The notes below the pieces were generated by a model, which saw only the letters and a program-made list of their open reading frames with translations, was not told the DNA's origin and searched no databases. DNA of 63,915 nt, filler included, from Choristocarpus tenellus KU-1152 (taxonomy: Eukaryota; Protista; Phaeophyceae), in NCBI GenBank assembly GCA_964200185.2. It is 12 parts of 12 records of this genome, joined end to end, with 100 filler letters (N's around TTAATTAATTAA, not from the genome) between each part and the next. Parts side by side here need not be neighbours in the genome. Positions count along the whole stretch, not along the records: positions 42,840 to 53,693 come from CAXNAD020002667.1; positions 53,794 to 57,979 come from CAXNAD020015791.1; positions 58,080 to 61,252 come from CAXNAD020021791.1; positions 61,353 to 63,915 come from CAXNAD020026747.1; 8 more parts are not named here. One strand, 5' to 3'. Position numbers and translations under genes: made by a program. Below, one piece after another: positions 52,001 through 63,915 of the stretch. Each line of letters starts with the position of its first letter. The stretch's first letter is position 1.

Positions 52001-53401
52001 GTCCAGGACGAAATCAAGACCTTGCAGGGGAAATTTTCTGGATTGTGTGTTTATGATGGATGTTTATGTTTGCCGCAATTACAATTCTTGCATTTTTTTT
52101 CTTTTGTCAAATTTCTTCCATTCCCCTCTATATTTGGTTCATAACACCAGAAAAATGTTTCAAAGAACAGCAACAGTAGGAATAGATCAAATATTGGAAC
52201 ACATGTAGGATGACTATTGGATGTTCGAGATATAAAATAAGCATCAACATTTCTTCATCACTGCACACTTCAATGACAGGCAATGTACAGGCTATATCTA
52301 TTCCCCGTCTTTCACATCCCATACCAGTGTCATGGTATATCCTAATCCTGTAGATGCCCCCCCCCCCATGCCAATTTGGACTTTCTACGCAATAGAGTGC
52401 CCTATCCAATACTAATGGCATTTACACAGAGATATATCCACATCAACTACCTAGAATCAATTCCAAGCAACAAACATTATTATTATTTATACTCTAATAA
52501 TAGGCAAATCTTGTCATCAGCATTTTTATTACTATTAACACACTTTCTCTATGAACTTCAAGGAATCACCTTGATGAGCACAGGCATGTCTGCAAGATCT
52601 GTTCCTTCCCAGGGTACAAACGGTTCAAGGAGAGCTAGCCTTGAAGAATCTGATGACACAGCCACAGACAACTTGGATCCATCAGGAGGAGATGCCTGTT
52701 TATCATTTGTGGATTATTTTTGACGGAATATTTGAAATGAATTGTAGGACATGACAGGGCATGAATGAAAAGAAGGGTCTGGCAATAGCCTCTCTAAAAG
52801 TAATTGAAGGCAACTCTTTGAAGATAAACAGCTTTCGGGATCAGGCCCCATGGTAGTTCACAACCATAGTCTTGGACTGAATTCTCACAACCATACCTTG
52901 GAGGTCAATCCAAGTCAAGACATAACTGGACACTGGGTAAGGCACTTCATATGTTTGAAATATGTACATTACCAATACCATTGCCCGTCCTGCCTTGAAC
53001 TTTCACATTACCAATATCCCTCACTCCTTCAAGTTTTGTTTCTCACAAATTATAGTCTTAAGAACAAGTGTAACTAAACATAATATGGTCTTGCCATAGG
53101 TGACTCACAGATGTTCTAAAAATGTTCTATGTTCTCACAAACTGTAACTGCACATAGAACATTTTTTTTTTAAGTTTGATGATAGCATCAAATACACATG
53201 ACCAAAGACAGACCAACAGACCTGGAATGTGTCCTCTCCAGGATCAAAGCCCTTGGGAGGTAGCTCCTTTCCATGTGGAGCCTCAAACTTGAAGCTGCCT
53301 CCAGTCGGAGTAGGAATGTAGTCCTTTTCTGGGTCAAATGTCACGCTTCCAGCAATGGCTGTGGCAACCACCATCTCCGGGGAAGCAACAAACGCATGTG
53401 T
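49088..53401 (-). CDS. ACO2: Aconitate hydratase (mitochondrial type), 3' part; exons 53401-53222, 52695-52570, 50838-50695, 50413-50151, 49262-49088; 5' part not found (gap at 53694)
   Basis: The spliced translation gives [13 protein letters not shown]...[10 protein letters not shown] / ...[18 protein letters not shown] / [29 protein letters not shown] / [46 protein letters not shown] / [12 protein letters not shown]. These are diagnostic aconitase C-terminal motifs, and all junctions keep the frame. Confidence 0.95.
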
Positions 53402-53869
53402 CTTCGCATATGCAAGAGTTCATTTCATTTTTCAACACAGATCGGCAGGAAGTGCAGGGTGGTTAGGGTTAGGGAGGTACACAGGAAAAAAACTCTGAGA
53501 AAGCTACATTTGTGAATTGTTAGTTGATGATCCCAATTAAAGGGAAGTGGACCGATAGCCAACATGTCACTTGGTACACACACATTAGTTGTACACACAG
53601 GGAGGGGGGGGGGGGGGGGGGGGGGGGCCCAAAAAAAAAAAAAAAAAAAAAAAAAATTTTTTAAATAAAAAAAAAAAAAAAAAAAAAACACCCNNNNNNN
53701 NNNNNNNNNNNNNNNNNNNNNNNNNNNNNNNNNNNNNTTAATTAATTAANNNNNNNNNNNNNNNNNNNNNNNNNNNNNNNNNNNNNNNNNNNNTTTTTTT
53801 ATTTATTTTATCGCCGGTGTTGCCTGGACCCCCCCCCCCCCCCCTCTCCCGACACATATATATACAAAG

Positions 53870-56790
53870 CTTGCGTGGTAATGACGATGCATCATCCCCG
53901 CTGGCTGTGAGCATAACGTTTTCCGTTTTCTGCCCATCGCGAAGGTGGGCGTTACTGCCCCGTCGAAGACAACCCTACAAAAATGGCAGTAAGCTGTGAA
54001 CTCCCTGCAACCCGAGTCCTTCGAGGTACTGAAGGAAGTGTGCGAGTCCTCGTCGCCAACGATTGACCGCAGTGCAATCTCCCTAAACTATCTCACAACC
54101 GAGGAGATCACCGGTTTCACTTCTCTCAAGCAGGGGCTATGCATCCAACTGCTTGCTAGGCAAGTCAGAACGCCATCGTGTTTTATCGTGTAGGCAGCAG
54201 TAGGCACAGGTTATGCAGGTCGCAGCAAATTGCACAGGAGCGTAAAATAAGTCTCAAAAGCTGACGATTTAGTCGGCCATTGTTGTGTAAAACAAAAATG
54301 CCTTCGTGGTATTCTGGTAATTCTACAGTGTGTGTTGCCTGTGTATGTGCGCTCTCGTCGATTAGGAAGTACGACTATCGAGTGATGAATATTTGCTGCA
54401 GTGGCGACCCTCCCCTCTTCGTAACCTGCGTGTTGTTCTCCTTGATGCCCTTCGTGTAAATTCTATTTTAGCAGATACAAGTCGTTCTACGGGAAGGCTC
54501 CTACGATGAAGGACCACAAGGAGATCCAATCGGACGCGCACATGTCTGAGATGTTTGTCTCGGGCACCAGGCAGATTGTAACCAAGGAGGAATGGACGTC
54601 GGATCTCCAAAGGTCGGTAAATTGTGCCGTTGGTGTTGAGTATTTTTTTCTTGTCCTTTTCCGTAACTCCTGCGCACCCATACGTCGCCTTCCGCCACTG
54701 CATTGTAAAATACACCATCAGCGTCTTTTTCTGCACCGCACTTACCTATTATTTCAAAATCGCCCTGAATTCCGGACCTTACATGAATGATGTACGGGCT
54801 ATCAGGGAAATGGACAGGCTCGCGTACGAGAAATGCGGTATGCACGAGCTCTGGGTCAAGCGCCACTATGGGGAGAGGACGAAGGAGGTGGCCCAACTTC
54901 TGCAGAAGGTTTTATCTGGTGACCAACAGGCGGGGCCCGTCCGCCAGCTGAGGGCAGACATCTCCACGGTTGTCGAAGTGAAACCTATGCAACGGATCAG
55001 AGCTGTGAGTATGCCTCCCGTGTTCGTAACTACAGCTGATTTGGCTTGTACCGTAACAAACAGTTGATGCTTGGTAGGATTGGTTGTAGATCTTCTTCGT
55101 GATTCTGTGGCGACAAGGTTACCTTCCGTACTACAAACCTTGCTGTTTTGTCTGTCCTCGTCTTTCGTTACTAATAGCGGAAATAATAAATCTTTTTCTT
55201 CCACTGTAGAAAACGATCTTGACCAATCCCCACTTCGTGCCTGAGTGCAAATATCTTAGAGGATACGAATTTTGCCGTGTTTGTCCATTTGGGGCTTGGC
55301 TTCTCATGTTTTTTTTTTATGACATTTTCCTACTCCAAAATGTTTAGGAGTGGGTTATATGTACACGTTATGAAAGGTGTGTCCGAAACATAGATATAGA
55401 CACTTCCTAACAAACACGATAGCCAAAATTACATCAAAATCACATCAAAATCACATCATTGTCTTTTGACCCCCAATTGGACGAAGCTCTATTTTCTCAT
55501 ATACTTCGGCCCTTCTGCCTCCAATATGCGTCACTGAAAAAAAATGTAAATGATTGGCATCCTCGACATTGACTTGTTTCAAACTATTTAGCCCCGCAAG
55601 CCGCCTCCATTAACACGTTCACCACATCAACCATATCGTTTGCTCTGCACGATTTCCATGCTATCGTACTTCCACTACACTCTCCCATTTTTTTAACGTA
55701 ACCATCGTCCCCTCCTCTCCTCAACGACTTCTCCTAACCCTAACCAACTCTAGATTATCGAGAAGGACTCGTCGCTACGCGCTTACCTCATCACTTGGGA
55801 TGGTAAATACCAGGATGTACTCAACCGGGTCAACCTCCACCAGATCCACAGCGGGCGGGGCTGTGATGGCGGCGGCGCAGAAGTTGAGAGAAACAACGGA
55901 TCGGCATCAAATGAACGTGAGAAAGAGGAGGGGGGACGAGACGAAGACGTAGGAGGAGACCAAGACGTCAGAGGGAACGAAGGCGTGGAAGGGAACGGAC
56001 TCCCAGACATGGAGGATGCGGACGATGGGGGTTATGTGGTCAGTGTTGAGGAACTTCAAAACGGCCATGGAGGGCGGAATGTGGGCGTTTACTGTGCTGA
56101 ATGCAATCCTCCACCTACGTCTCGGTGAGTAATGCACTTGTAACGGTACACGTGTAGAGTGGAGTGTAATTAATAGCGTAAGGTTGGTTTCCATCCAATC
56201 CCCCCGAACGGATAGATTCTTTGTATCTTTTCAGCGGCGCACACCATTGAACCGGTGGTATGTTGCGGGATCCCCCTGTATGCATCGCTGTGGTAGCTAC
56301 CCCCACGCCTCTTTATTTACCACAGTACGATTGTGTGTTAACAATGCATGTACATCACCGACATTTGTACCTCACCTGTACTGTCTTGCGTCGCCAATTT
56401 CGTGATCCTTCGTAACCGTGGATTCCCGCGTTGTGTTGTTGTGCTCAATTGGTTATTTGGAAAAATACTATCCTGTCTGTTTAATGCTCTCGTCCAATTA
56501 CACGCGCGAAAGGTATTCATGCCCAAGGTGCTCAATCACCCATATGGGCGAATGTGCCAACGTGGAGATAGTAGGCGACGAAAGTGACAATGATCGTTTA
56601 TGTATCAATTGCCCCATGGCACAGGAGGGCAGTGAAGGGTCTGGATCGGTGGGAAACAAAGCGGCGGGTCGGGACAGGGGCAAGGGCAAGGGCAAGGGTA
56701 AGGCTCGCGCAAGGAGCGCAAGCGGGTCACCCACTAACCAAAGCCTTTTACGTCCCTCCTCACGCAGCGAAACGGCCGACATGGAGAAGT
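53870..56790 (+). CDS. Putative multi-exon chromatin-reader-like gene (Tudor/chromo-barrel-like segment, acidic linker, PHD-like finger); exons ~53990-54159, ~54474-54612, ~54770-55004, 55754-56124, 56513-~56790
   Basis: Exon 55754-56124 (ctag|ATT...TCTCG|gtgagt) reads IIEKDSSLRAYLITWDGKYQDV...acidic...YCAECNPPPTS. It joins in phase 2 to 56513 (aaag|G TAT), giving RYSCPRCSITHMGECANVEIVGDESDNDRLCINC, a C4HC3-like spacing. Upstream exon boundaries are approximate. Confidence 0.5.
55243..55512. mobile_element. MITE family A (diverged), intronic
   Basis: Family A body with degenerate TIRs. Confidence 0.8.
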
Positions 56791-57579
56791 GCATGTGGGT
56801 CTCGGCGTTGTTGCACATTATACCGACACATGAGCCGTCTCTGTGTGTTTGTTTTCGCGTTGGTTTGCACATAGGTCGTGGCTGCTTGAACATCATGTGG
56901 CTTGCTCATCCTAATTACCTTGAGTGTGTCGATTTTTTGGAGGGTTCCATGGGACATGGAACTTAGTGTTTTGATGCCTACCCTCCTTCCACGAGATGTG
57001 TCTGATGAGTCTGGCGTTGTGGAGGGTACAGCCTGACATTTTGGAGATGCAGTGAAAATATTGTGAGGAACTTGCTTAAGGAAAAGATTGCCTGCACCGT
57101 AGCTTACTATGCCATCCTTCTTGTCGTGCTGTCTGTCTACTGTGTCGTGTGTCATGATGTCCAAGCAGGAACGAGAACAGTGCACTACACGACATTCGCC
57201 CTCTCGACCCCACGATGTCGCTAGACGAACTTGGGGATTTCGTTTTCCCCAACGCGCCAAAGCTCGCCATAGTGTCCATTGCTGTCGAGCCAAGATTCCT
57301 CATCGACGAAGAGGCGACCAACACATACCTGCGCGAGATGCTTCAATACTAGCGGGGTAAGATGCATCCTCAAGGCACCATCGCGCTCTTGGTGCCCCAT
57401 CCGTGGAAGGTGCATTTACACCGCCTAAACGGTGAGTTGCAGAATTCGCCAGCGCTGAAATATGGGGTGTATTGCGGGAGACTATCGAAATCAACTATGA
57501 CTGTTATCATTCCGTCCATGTGTCGATCGAATATTTTGCGACCGTTCAGTAGATGAGGATCAGGCCGTGTACTCCAATA

Positions 57580-57945
57580 TTCTTCACTTTTCCCATGTTG
57601 TTTCATGTCTTTCATACCTTCCGCTTCCTTTTGTGTCGCTTGCTCTCCCCCCCCGGCAAGTACGTACTTCTTTGTTTCATTGCCCATTCTCTCGCATGCT
57701 GGTGTTACTCGTGTTCACCACATTTTTTTTGCCATATTTTCTCCTATTATTACTTAATCTCCTAGTGTTTGCAATTTTTTTTTGAGTATTTGCCTTGCGT
57801 TCCAGACTCATTGTACTATTATAATGTTAGTGGCACGGGATTCCATGAATCCCCGTGTATTCCAGTGTTCTTTACTTTTCACATGTTGTTTCATGTTTTT
57901 CATACCTTCCACTTCCTTTTGTGTCGCTTGCTCTCCCCCCCCCCC
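57580..57945 (+). repeat. ~85-bp direct repeat (~57575-57655 and ~57855-57945)
   Basis: CATGTTGTTTCATGT.TTTCATACCTTCC.CTTCCTTTTGTGTCGCTTGCTCTCCCCCCCC occurs twice. Confidence 0.8.
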
Positions 57946-58102
57946 GCAACTACCGATGTTCTTTTCTTCATTTGCCTTTNNNNNNNNNNNNNNNNNNNNN
58001 NNNNNNNNNNNNNNNNNNNNNNNTTAATTAATTAANNNNNNNNNNNNNNNNNNNNNNNNNNNNNNNNNNNNNNNNNNNNTTGTCGCGGTGTTGGTTTTGT
58101 GT

Positions 58103-58158
<56 letters not shown>

Positions 58159-59379
58159 TTGTCAGGTTTGAATAGTTTAGTGTATTTTGTTGTACTATAT
58201 ATGGATATAGTGGGGAGATACTGCGGTCCAGGTAGGTCCTCGAATAAGGGTATTGATAGGGGGTGTTTCGTTCTTGTAGGGGGTCCCCTGATCACCACTC
58301 CAATGCTTGCACCTTTTCAGCGAAGTATTATTTTTATGTTTCTTTGTTCGATTGTCTTGTTCGGTAGCTTTGACCACACTTGCTTTTTGCCCCAAGAATG
58401 GTCTTGACTGCATGACAATTCCCATGTGTTGCGGGCTGAGAGATGCTGCATGATCTGCTATGGTGTTATCTCGTTTTTCCTCTCATACAAGAGGCATCCT
58501 TTGGATCATGTATTGTCAAAGACCACCCCCTTCAGCCCTGGAATCTTGTACGCTGGATGAACCCTCTCAAATGCTGGACCCTGATTTATGATGTAACTGT
58601 TCTGTGCATGAGAATCAAGCGCAGACCCTTCCCCCACTACGTCATTGTTAGCCTAGGGCATATATTTCAAGTCCCACATTGACCTCACGCCCCGGATGGA
58701 GGGGGCGGGTACTTCTGAATGCATGTTATTGGATGGGTGTGGCATGCGGATCACCCAGTTAGAGTGCTTTATTCCTGTTCATCAAAACGTTCACTTTTCT
58801 TTCATTGTTGTTAGTTTTTTTTGTTTCCAGCTGAACGTTCGTCAACCATGGGCAAGCCATGCTCTCGCTCCTGGATTGACAGCGCTTATCCACAAACAAG
58901 TTTGAAATGATCACTGGTGTCAAGGGCGCAGTGTGCCCTTGCTCGTTATTTCGTTTCCTACTCAGGGGGGATCCCTCTTAGCAGCCCCTCCGATCATGCA
59001 GGATGAAAATGCGGCCAGGATAGTCCCCCCCACCGATCAGTATCCATACCCATGCCGCCAATCAATCACTCTGTACATATTTCCCACCCAAGACTCCATC
59101 CCTATTGTGCATCTACGAACCCCCCACCCCTGTTGCACAAGTCATCAATAGCCCATGCTGCAGCCTCTCTGTTTTGTCCCTTTTTTTTCTTTACCCATTA
59201 AGGATGTGTGCTTACGTTCATTATGATATGATCCCTCCCTGTTACCTGCAATGATTGCTTGATCCTTCTTGTCGTCCAGAATGTGATTGCAAACTCCGCC
59301 TACAGCTATAATGCCATGTGTCGCCTTTGTGACCGCCTGGCAATGGAGAGGTCACAGTGGCACAGGAGAAGGGGCCGAT

Positions 59380-59434
<55 letters not shown>

Positions 59435-60343
59435 TGACAGTTTTTTTTGTGAGTGGGATGTATTATTAATACAAGCGGGGATATCAGTCGGGGGGGATGG
59501 ACTTGGATTGCAGCGGATGTGGTATAGAGATGTATGTTTTCAGTTGTTAACCTTTTGTGTTGTGTTCTTGTTGATACTGCACCACCTTTGTGTGACATGA
59601 TTGGATGCATGTTTCGTGTGTGATTTGGGGCAAGTAGAAGGGAGGCTGCCCTGGTGAAGTGGTTCACTGAATTGTGCAGAGGGGGTAGAGGGAATAGTCT
59701 ACGTACTACAGTTGGAGTTGGGAAGTTCGGTACAAAACCTGAGAATATCTAGATGCCATCAAACCTGTAGGGTGCGTCTCTATTTCCTTTTGTTATGTTC
59801 GTGGGATAATGGACACGGCATGTTCCAGTTCTGGGCTAGGATATATCCAGCGTGCTGGTGGATGATCCTGCAGCATGGGGCTCACAAGTAGAAGCGTTTT
59901 TGTCACCTTGCTTTTGTGTTCGTCATTGTGGCTTGTATTTGAGGCATGAGTGAGGCGCTCAACCCTGAATGAGCCACCCTCAGCCAGGAATGGTCCTATA
60001 TGGAATAGGGGTCATACTGTGTGTATCAATGTCTACTCTGTGTTCGTGATGCGTAGCTCTTTCGATTTTTTTGTTTGAGCGTATGTCTGTATGGCACGTG
60101 TGCCTTGATTGTTTTTTTATGTGGATTGTGTGCTCTGTTGCCATGCACGAAGCACATGCTTGACGTAGTATTAATGCCTGGTGCCTCATGGCCCTTACCA
60201 GCAGGCAGGTGCTTCTTTAGCTGCCCCCACTTGTGTCCTGTATGTGCATGCCTGTGGGAAAAAATTATATTGATGAACAATGGATGATGGATATCGTCCC
60301 GACATCACGAAGGATGCCAGGGGCCAAGCATCAAGGTAGTAGA

Positions 60344-60524
60344 GGCCCAAAGTATTTGGGGGGGGTGGCAACTGTCCATTTGGGGTCAATTTTTTCATGT
60401 CACGATTTTTGGGTGGTTTGGTTGAGTACCTCCGATGGATAATGAAAAATGCACTTTTCCTGATTTTGGACCAAATAATGGACACCCTGGTGGTGTAGAC
60501 CCTTCCTCCCAGATACTTTGGGTC
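60344..60524. mobile_element. MITE family B (~180 bp, poly-G/C subtermini), TSD AGA
   Basis: GGCCCAAAGTATTTGGGGGGG ... CCCAGATACTTTGGGTC, flanked by aga/aga. Confidence 0.88.
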
Positions 60525-61408
60525 AGACACAGGGTATGCCTCCATAATAATGGTCATGTCCACTACAAGTAATGCCGCTGCCTAAAATGGGGAAACCCAT
60601 GCATTATGCTTACACAACTGTGGACTGTAGGGTTCAGTTGGCTGTCCCTTAATTTTTCCAAAAAGATGCACATTTGAGTGATAGGTACAGCATGTAGAAC
60701 AGCATATTATTTTTATTCATTATAAACGATAAGTAAATTGCTACAGGATATCAAGTCGTTGCGGCCAACAATATCATTACTGCTTTGAAGTACGCATCAT
60801 GTCTTCAAGGTTTTCATCTAATTATTTTTGTGATGCCACAGTCAGCACTTTGCACCAAAACTTCATAAGAGACCAATCCCATCCCACGTTTTGGGGGGTG
60901 TCAAGGCAACGGACCACCCATCAAAGGTACCTGCCCGCACAAAAAGTACTAGGATGTGGCAGATATCGAGTCAAAGTTAACGAGAGGTACCCGTCGTTGC
61001 ATTTGAAGGATGCTGATAACTATGTGCGAATTTCGGTGTTTCTTACAAATGTGTGGAGGATATTTTCTGAAATGTGTCGGAAGAGTTTCGAACAATATAT
61101 AGAGAATTAAAGGCTCTCAAATCGAACTTGGAATTTCATCCATAGAAATTTGGGTGAATTTCAAATATTGAAAGTGTGGAAGGATGTTTATCTGTTATTA
61201 TACCGTTATTACCCTATGCCATATACCGTTATACCGTGGTACCGAGTGAGGTNNNNNNNNNNNNNNNNNNNNNNNNNNNNNNNNNNNNNNNNNNNNTTAA
61301 TTAATTAANNNNNNNNNNNNNNNNNNNNNNNNNNNNNNNNNNNNNNNNNNNNGGGAGGGAATTCCACTTACACACACACACACACACACACACACAACAC
61401 ACACACAC

Positions 61409-61800
61409 CTATGATATTGGTGGAGATAGCGACATCTTGAAGTCTCTTGCTGGACTCCATCAGAGCCATGAGGCAACGATACATTAGGCCAGCCACCACC
61501 TGGTCATGAACCCGCTTTGTAGATAACAAACAATGTAACATACAAGGTAACATTCAATGTAAGCATTGTACATACACAACAATAGACCAGTGGCCATATC
61601 TCATTTCTTTTTTTTAATGGAGCAGTGGAAGCGGGGGGGGGGGGGGGGGGGGGGGTGTTTTTGTTATCAATTTTTTTTTTAAAAAAAAATATATTTAAAA
61701 AAAAACATTTTTTTTTTTTTTTTTTTTTTTGGGGGGGNNNNNNNNNNAAAAATAAAAAGAAGAAAATCAAAATAATATATGCAGGGGGGATGTTCTTGGT

Positions 61801-61856
<56 letters not shown>

Positions 61857-63689
61857 TGCTATTGGATACATCTAATATTGTACAATGAATATTAATATAA
61901 TACATCGAATTATTATTATTATTATTATTTTGTGGGCTCAATATGCTAGGAGGATTGGGTAGCAGGGGTTTCACCTAAGGGGCATAATAACATAACTAAT
62001 AAAAAAAATAGTAATGAGAATACATTAAAACATAAGTAGTACCAAGGGAGATGGTGGAGTAGTAGCATGCAGGGGTTATAGGGGTTGCTTGGTACACACA
62101 CCAACAATCATGGAAGAGAAAAAAAACACTAATGCTGTAAGGTATCCCCTAACCCTAACCCTAATCAATTCCCGTGCACCTTACAAAAACAATGACCACA
62201 CCGACTCCATGCAAAAAAACGACTCTGGGTCGTATGCCAATAGTCTCCTTTAAAACAAAGAAATATATTCATATTTATATTTATATATATATTTATCATG
62301 GCAGTTGGGAATAAGACAACACTAACGCCATCCTACCAAACACGCAAAACTCCCTGCAAAGGAGAGAGATAGGGCAGCGTGTGCACTCCCCCCTTCTGCC
62401 ACATTACACATCAACACTGTCATTTCACATCAACATTGTCATTACACATCAACACTGTCATTACACATCAACATTGTCATTACACATCAACACTGTCATT
62501 ACACATCAACATTGTCATTACACATCAATACGGCAATTCCAGGGGGGGTCGTTGTCCTGGTCTCTCTCAACTTGACTGTACCTGAAAATGATAGTACTGG
62601 TTCTTACCATGTTCGTACCTTGTGTGTGCCATTATTGATAATAATAAGAATAAAACATACACAACTACATTAGGGGTAGTGGGTCGTCCTCCACATTGCG
62701 GGCTAGTCTACCTCTGAAATGCGGATAGTCTACCTCTCAAAGACAGTCACCTACCAAAATATTAAGTCCAATGTGCAGCATTCCAAACTGAAAATAAATA
62801 ACAAAAATAGCAGTAAGATTTGTAACAGTTCCCTGTACCTCATGTTCCCAACCCATGGGTAGAGTGAACTGTAGTAGGTATCAACCCTAAGGATAGCAAC
62901 AGTCCTGCATTCTCTGGTACACGTTCTGTTTCCGTACATACCATGTAATCATTGTCAACACTGGTGGTAGTCAAACATTTTTTTTTTTAATTATCAAATT
63001 AATTTTTATTTTATATTTCATGTTCCGCCAAGCACTAGATTTCAAATGAAATTAATTAGTAACAACTGATTGGTAGCGATCTTCTCCCTAACCTCTGCAC
63101 AATGAAGATATAGGAACAATCACAGCCAGGCTGATAATAATAATGATAATAATATAGAAGTGACATATTGGAAGGCATGCCCACAAACTGACACAGTACC
63201 TTTGTATGTACCTTTGTATGCACCTTGAGAGTTTGGATGGACCTTATCACTCTCCTCCCATCCACAGTAGACATACGGACCCCATCTGATAGTAATAATA
63301 AAGTTGACAGTGTAACATCTCCTCTACCCCTCGATTTAAAAAAAATGAAATGCTGTTCTATAATATCAACAGCGTCCATATCCATCACCTCCACAAACTA
63401 AAAGGAAAAAAAAAGATTACAAACGTGATTCAATTTAAAATTTGAACTCCTTGAAAAAGATTCAATTCACGAACGCTGAATATGCAAAGTCCCCCCCTCC
63501 CCCACCCCCGAAATCCAATAACATTACATATATATATAACCCTAACCCTAACCCTCCAAAACATAACAAGCAGAACAAGAGCCCTCACCTGTTGTATGGG
63601 AAGACCTGAGCGACTAGAGAGATAGCGAAAGTGATCCCCAAGAAGTCTTTTCAGAATGGAAATAGCTGAACTGGAGCTTAGATCCAGGC
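61409..63689 (-). CDS. Partial multi-exon host gene of unknown function; exons 63689-63589, 63397-63224, 61514-61409, plus probable small exons near 62890-62837 and 62581-62533
   Basis: Polypyrimidine-AG and GT boundaries. In-frame GLDLSSSSAISILKRLLGDHFRYLSSRSGLPIQQ|FVEVMDMDAVDIIEQHF...QTLK. Exon RVHDQVVAGLMYRCLMALMESSKRLQDVAISTNII. Confidence 0.5.
62402..62528. repeat. 19-bp minisatellite x ~6.5
   Basis: CATTACACATCAACA(C/T)TGT in tandem, with alternating C/T variants. Confidence 0.95.
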
Positions 63690-63915
63690 CTGCCAAAAAA
63701 CAAATAAATGTATATATATATTAGACATCACAAAAAAAAAGATAAGCCTAGGGGGTTAGTATGTGGTAGTGTTAATTTTCCAAAATGTTTATTTTTCTGT
63801 TTATATTTCCTTCTTGTCTTCTTTATGTCTTCTAGATGCGCTCGCTTGAATTACGGAAGGGGGGGGGGGGGGGGGGGGGGTTTTTTTTTTTTTTTTGGGT
63901 GTTTTTGGGGGGTTT

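Noticed and set aside
56233-56256. Micro-exon inside the PHD-like gene
   Set aside because: Including it introduces an in-frame TGA; direct splicing 56124^56513 keeps the frame.
53694-57979. Upstream aconitase exons beyond the gap
   Set aside because: No aconitase motifs on the minus strand; the contig is unrelated and its adjacency is artificial.
58100-58157. Long poly-G runs (also ~7170-7200, 53600-53690, 61630-61856)
   Set aside because: Homopolymers at contig ends; lengths are likely sequencing or assembly artefacts, and the poly-Gly/Pro ORFs are spurious.

Overview
Eukaryotic draft-assembly window, most consistent with an ochrophyte/brown-algal genome (spliceosomal introns, interstitial TTAGGG, RTE-type LINE relics; the taxon is an inference). 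It is about 12 contigs joined by 100-nt N-spacers that carry an artificial TTAATTAATTAA stop linker, so adjacency across gaps is unproven. Host genes: MCM10 (+, with a GC-AG intron), the last five exons of mitochondrial-type aconitase (-), a two-exon unknown gene, a multi-exon Tudor/chromo-like + PHD-like gene, and a partial unknown minus-strand gene. The rest is mostly transposon debris: copia and RTE-LINE relics and two related MITE families with G(A/G)NNCAAAGTATCT TIRs and mixed 3/4-bp TSDs. The most interesting locus is the single contig 30230-39242. It holds an intron-rich Sola-like DDD transposase pseudogene (-), about 23 tandem ~173-bp units, and a divergently oriented ParB/Srx-like pseudogene (DGNHR motif). 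The ParB-like gene is bracketed by ~380-bp direct repeats, each carrying a palindrome whose two arms have co-varied. A second transposase copy (19713-22625) also runs into the same repeat unit, so the array appears to be a built-in part of the element.
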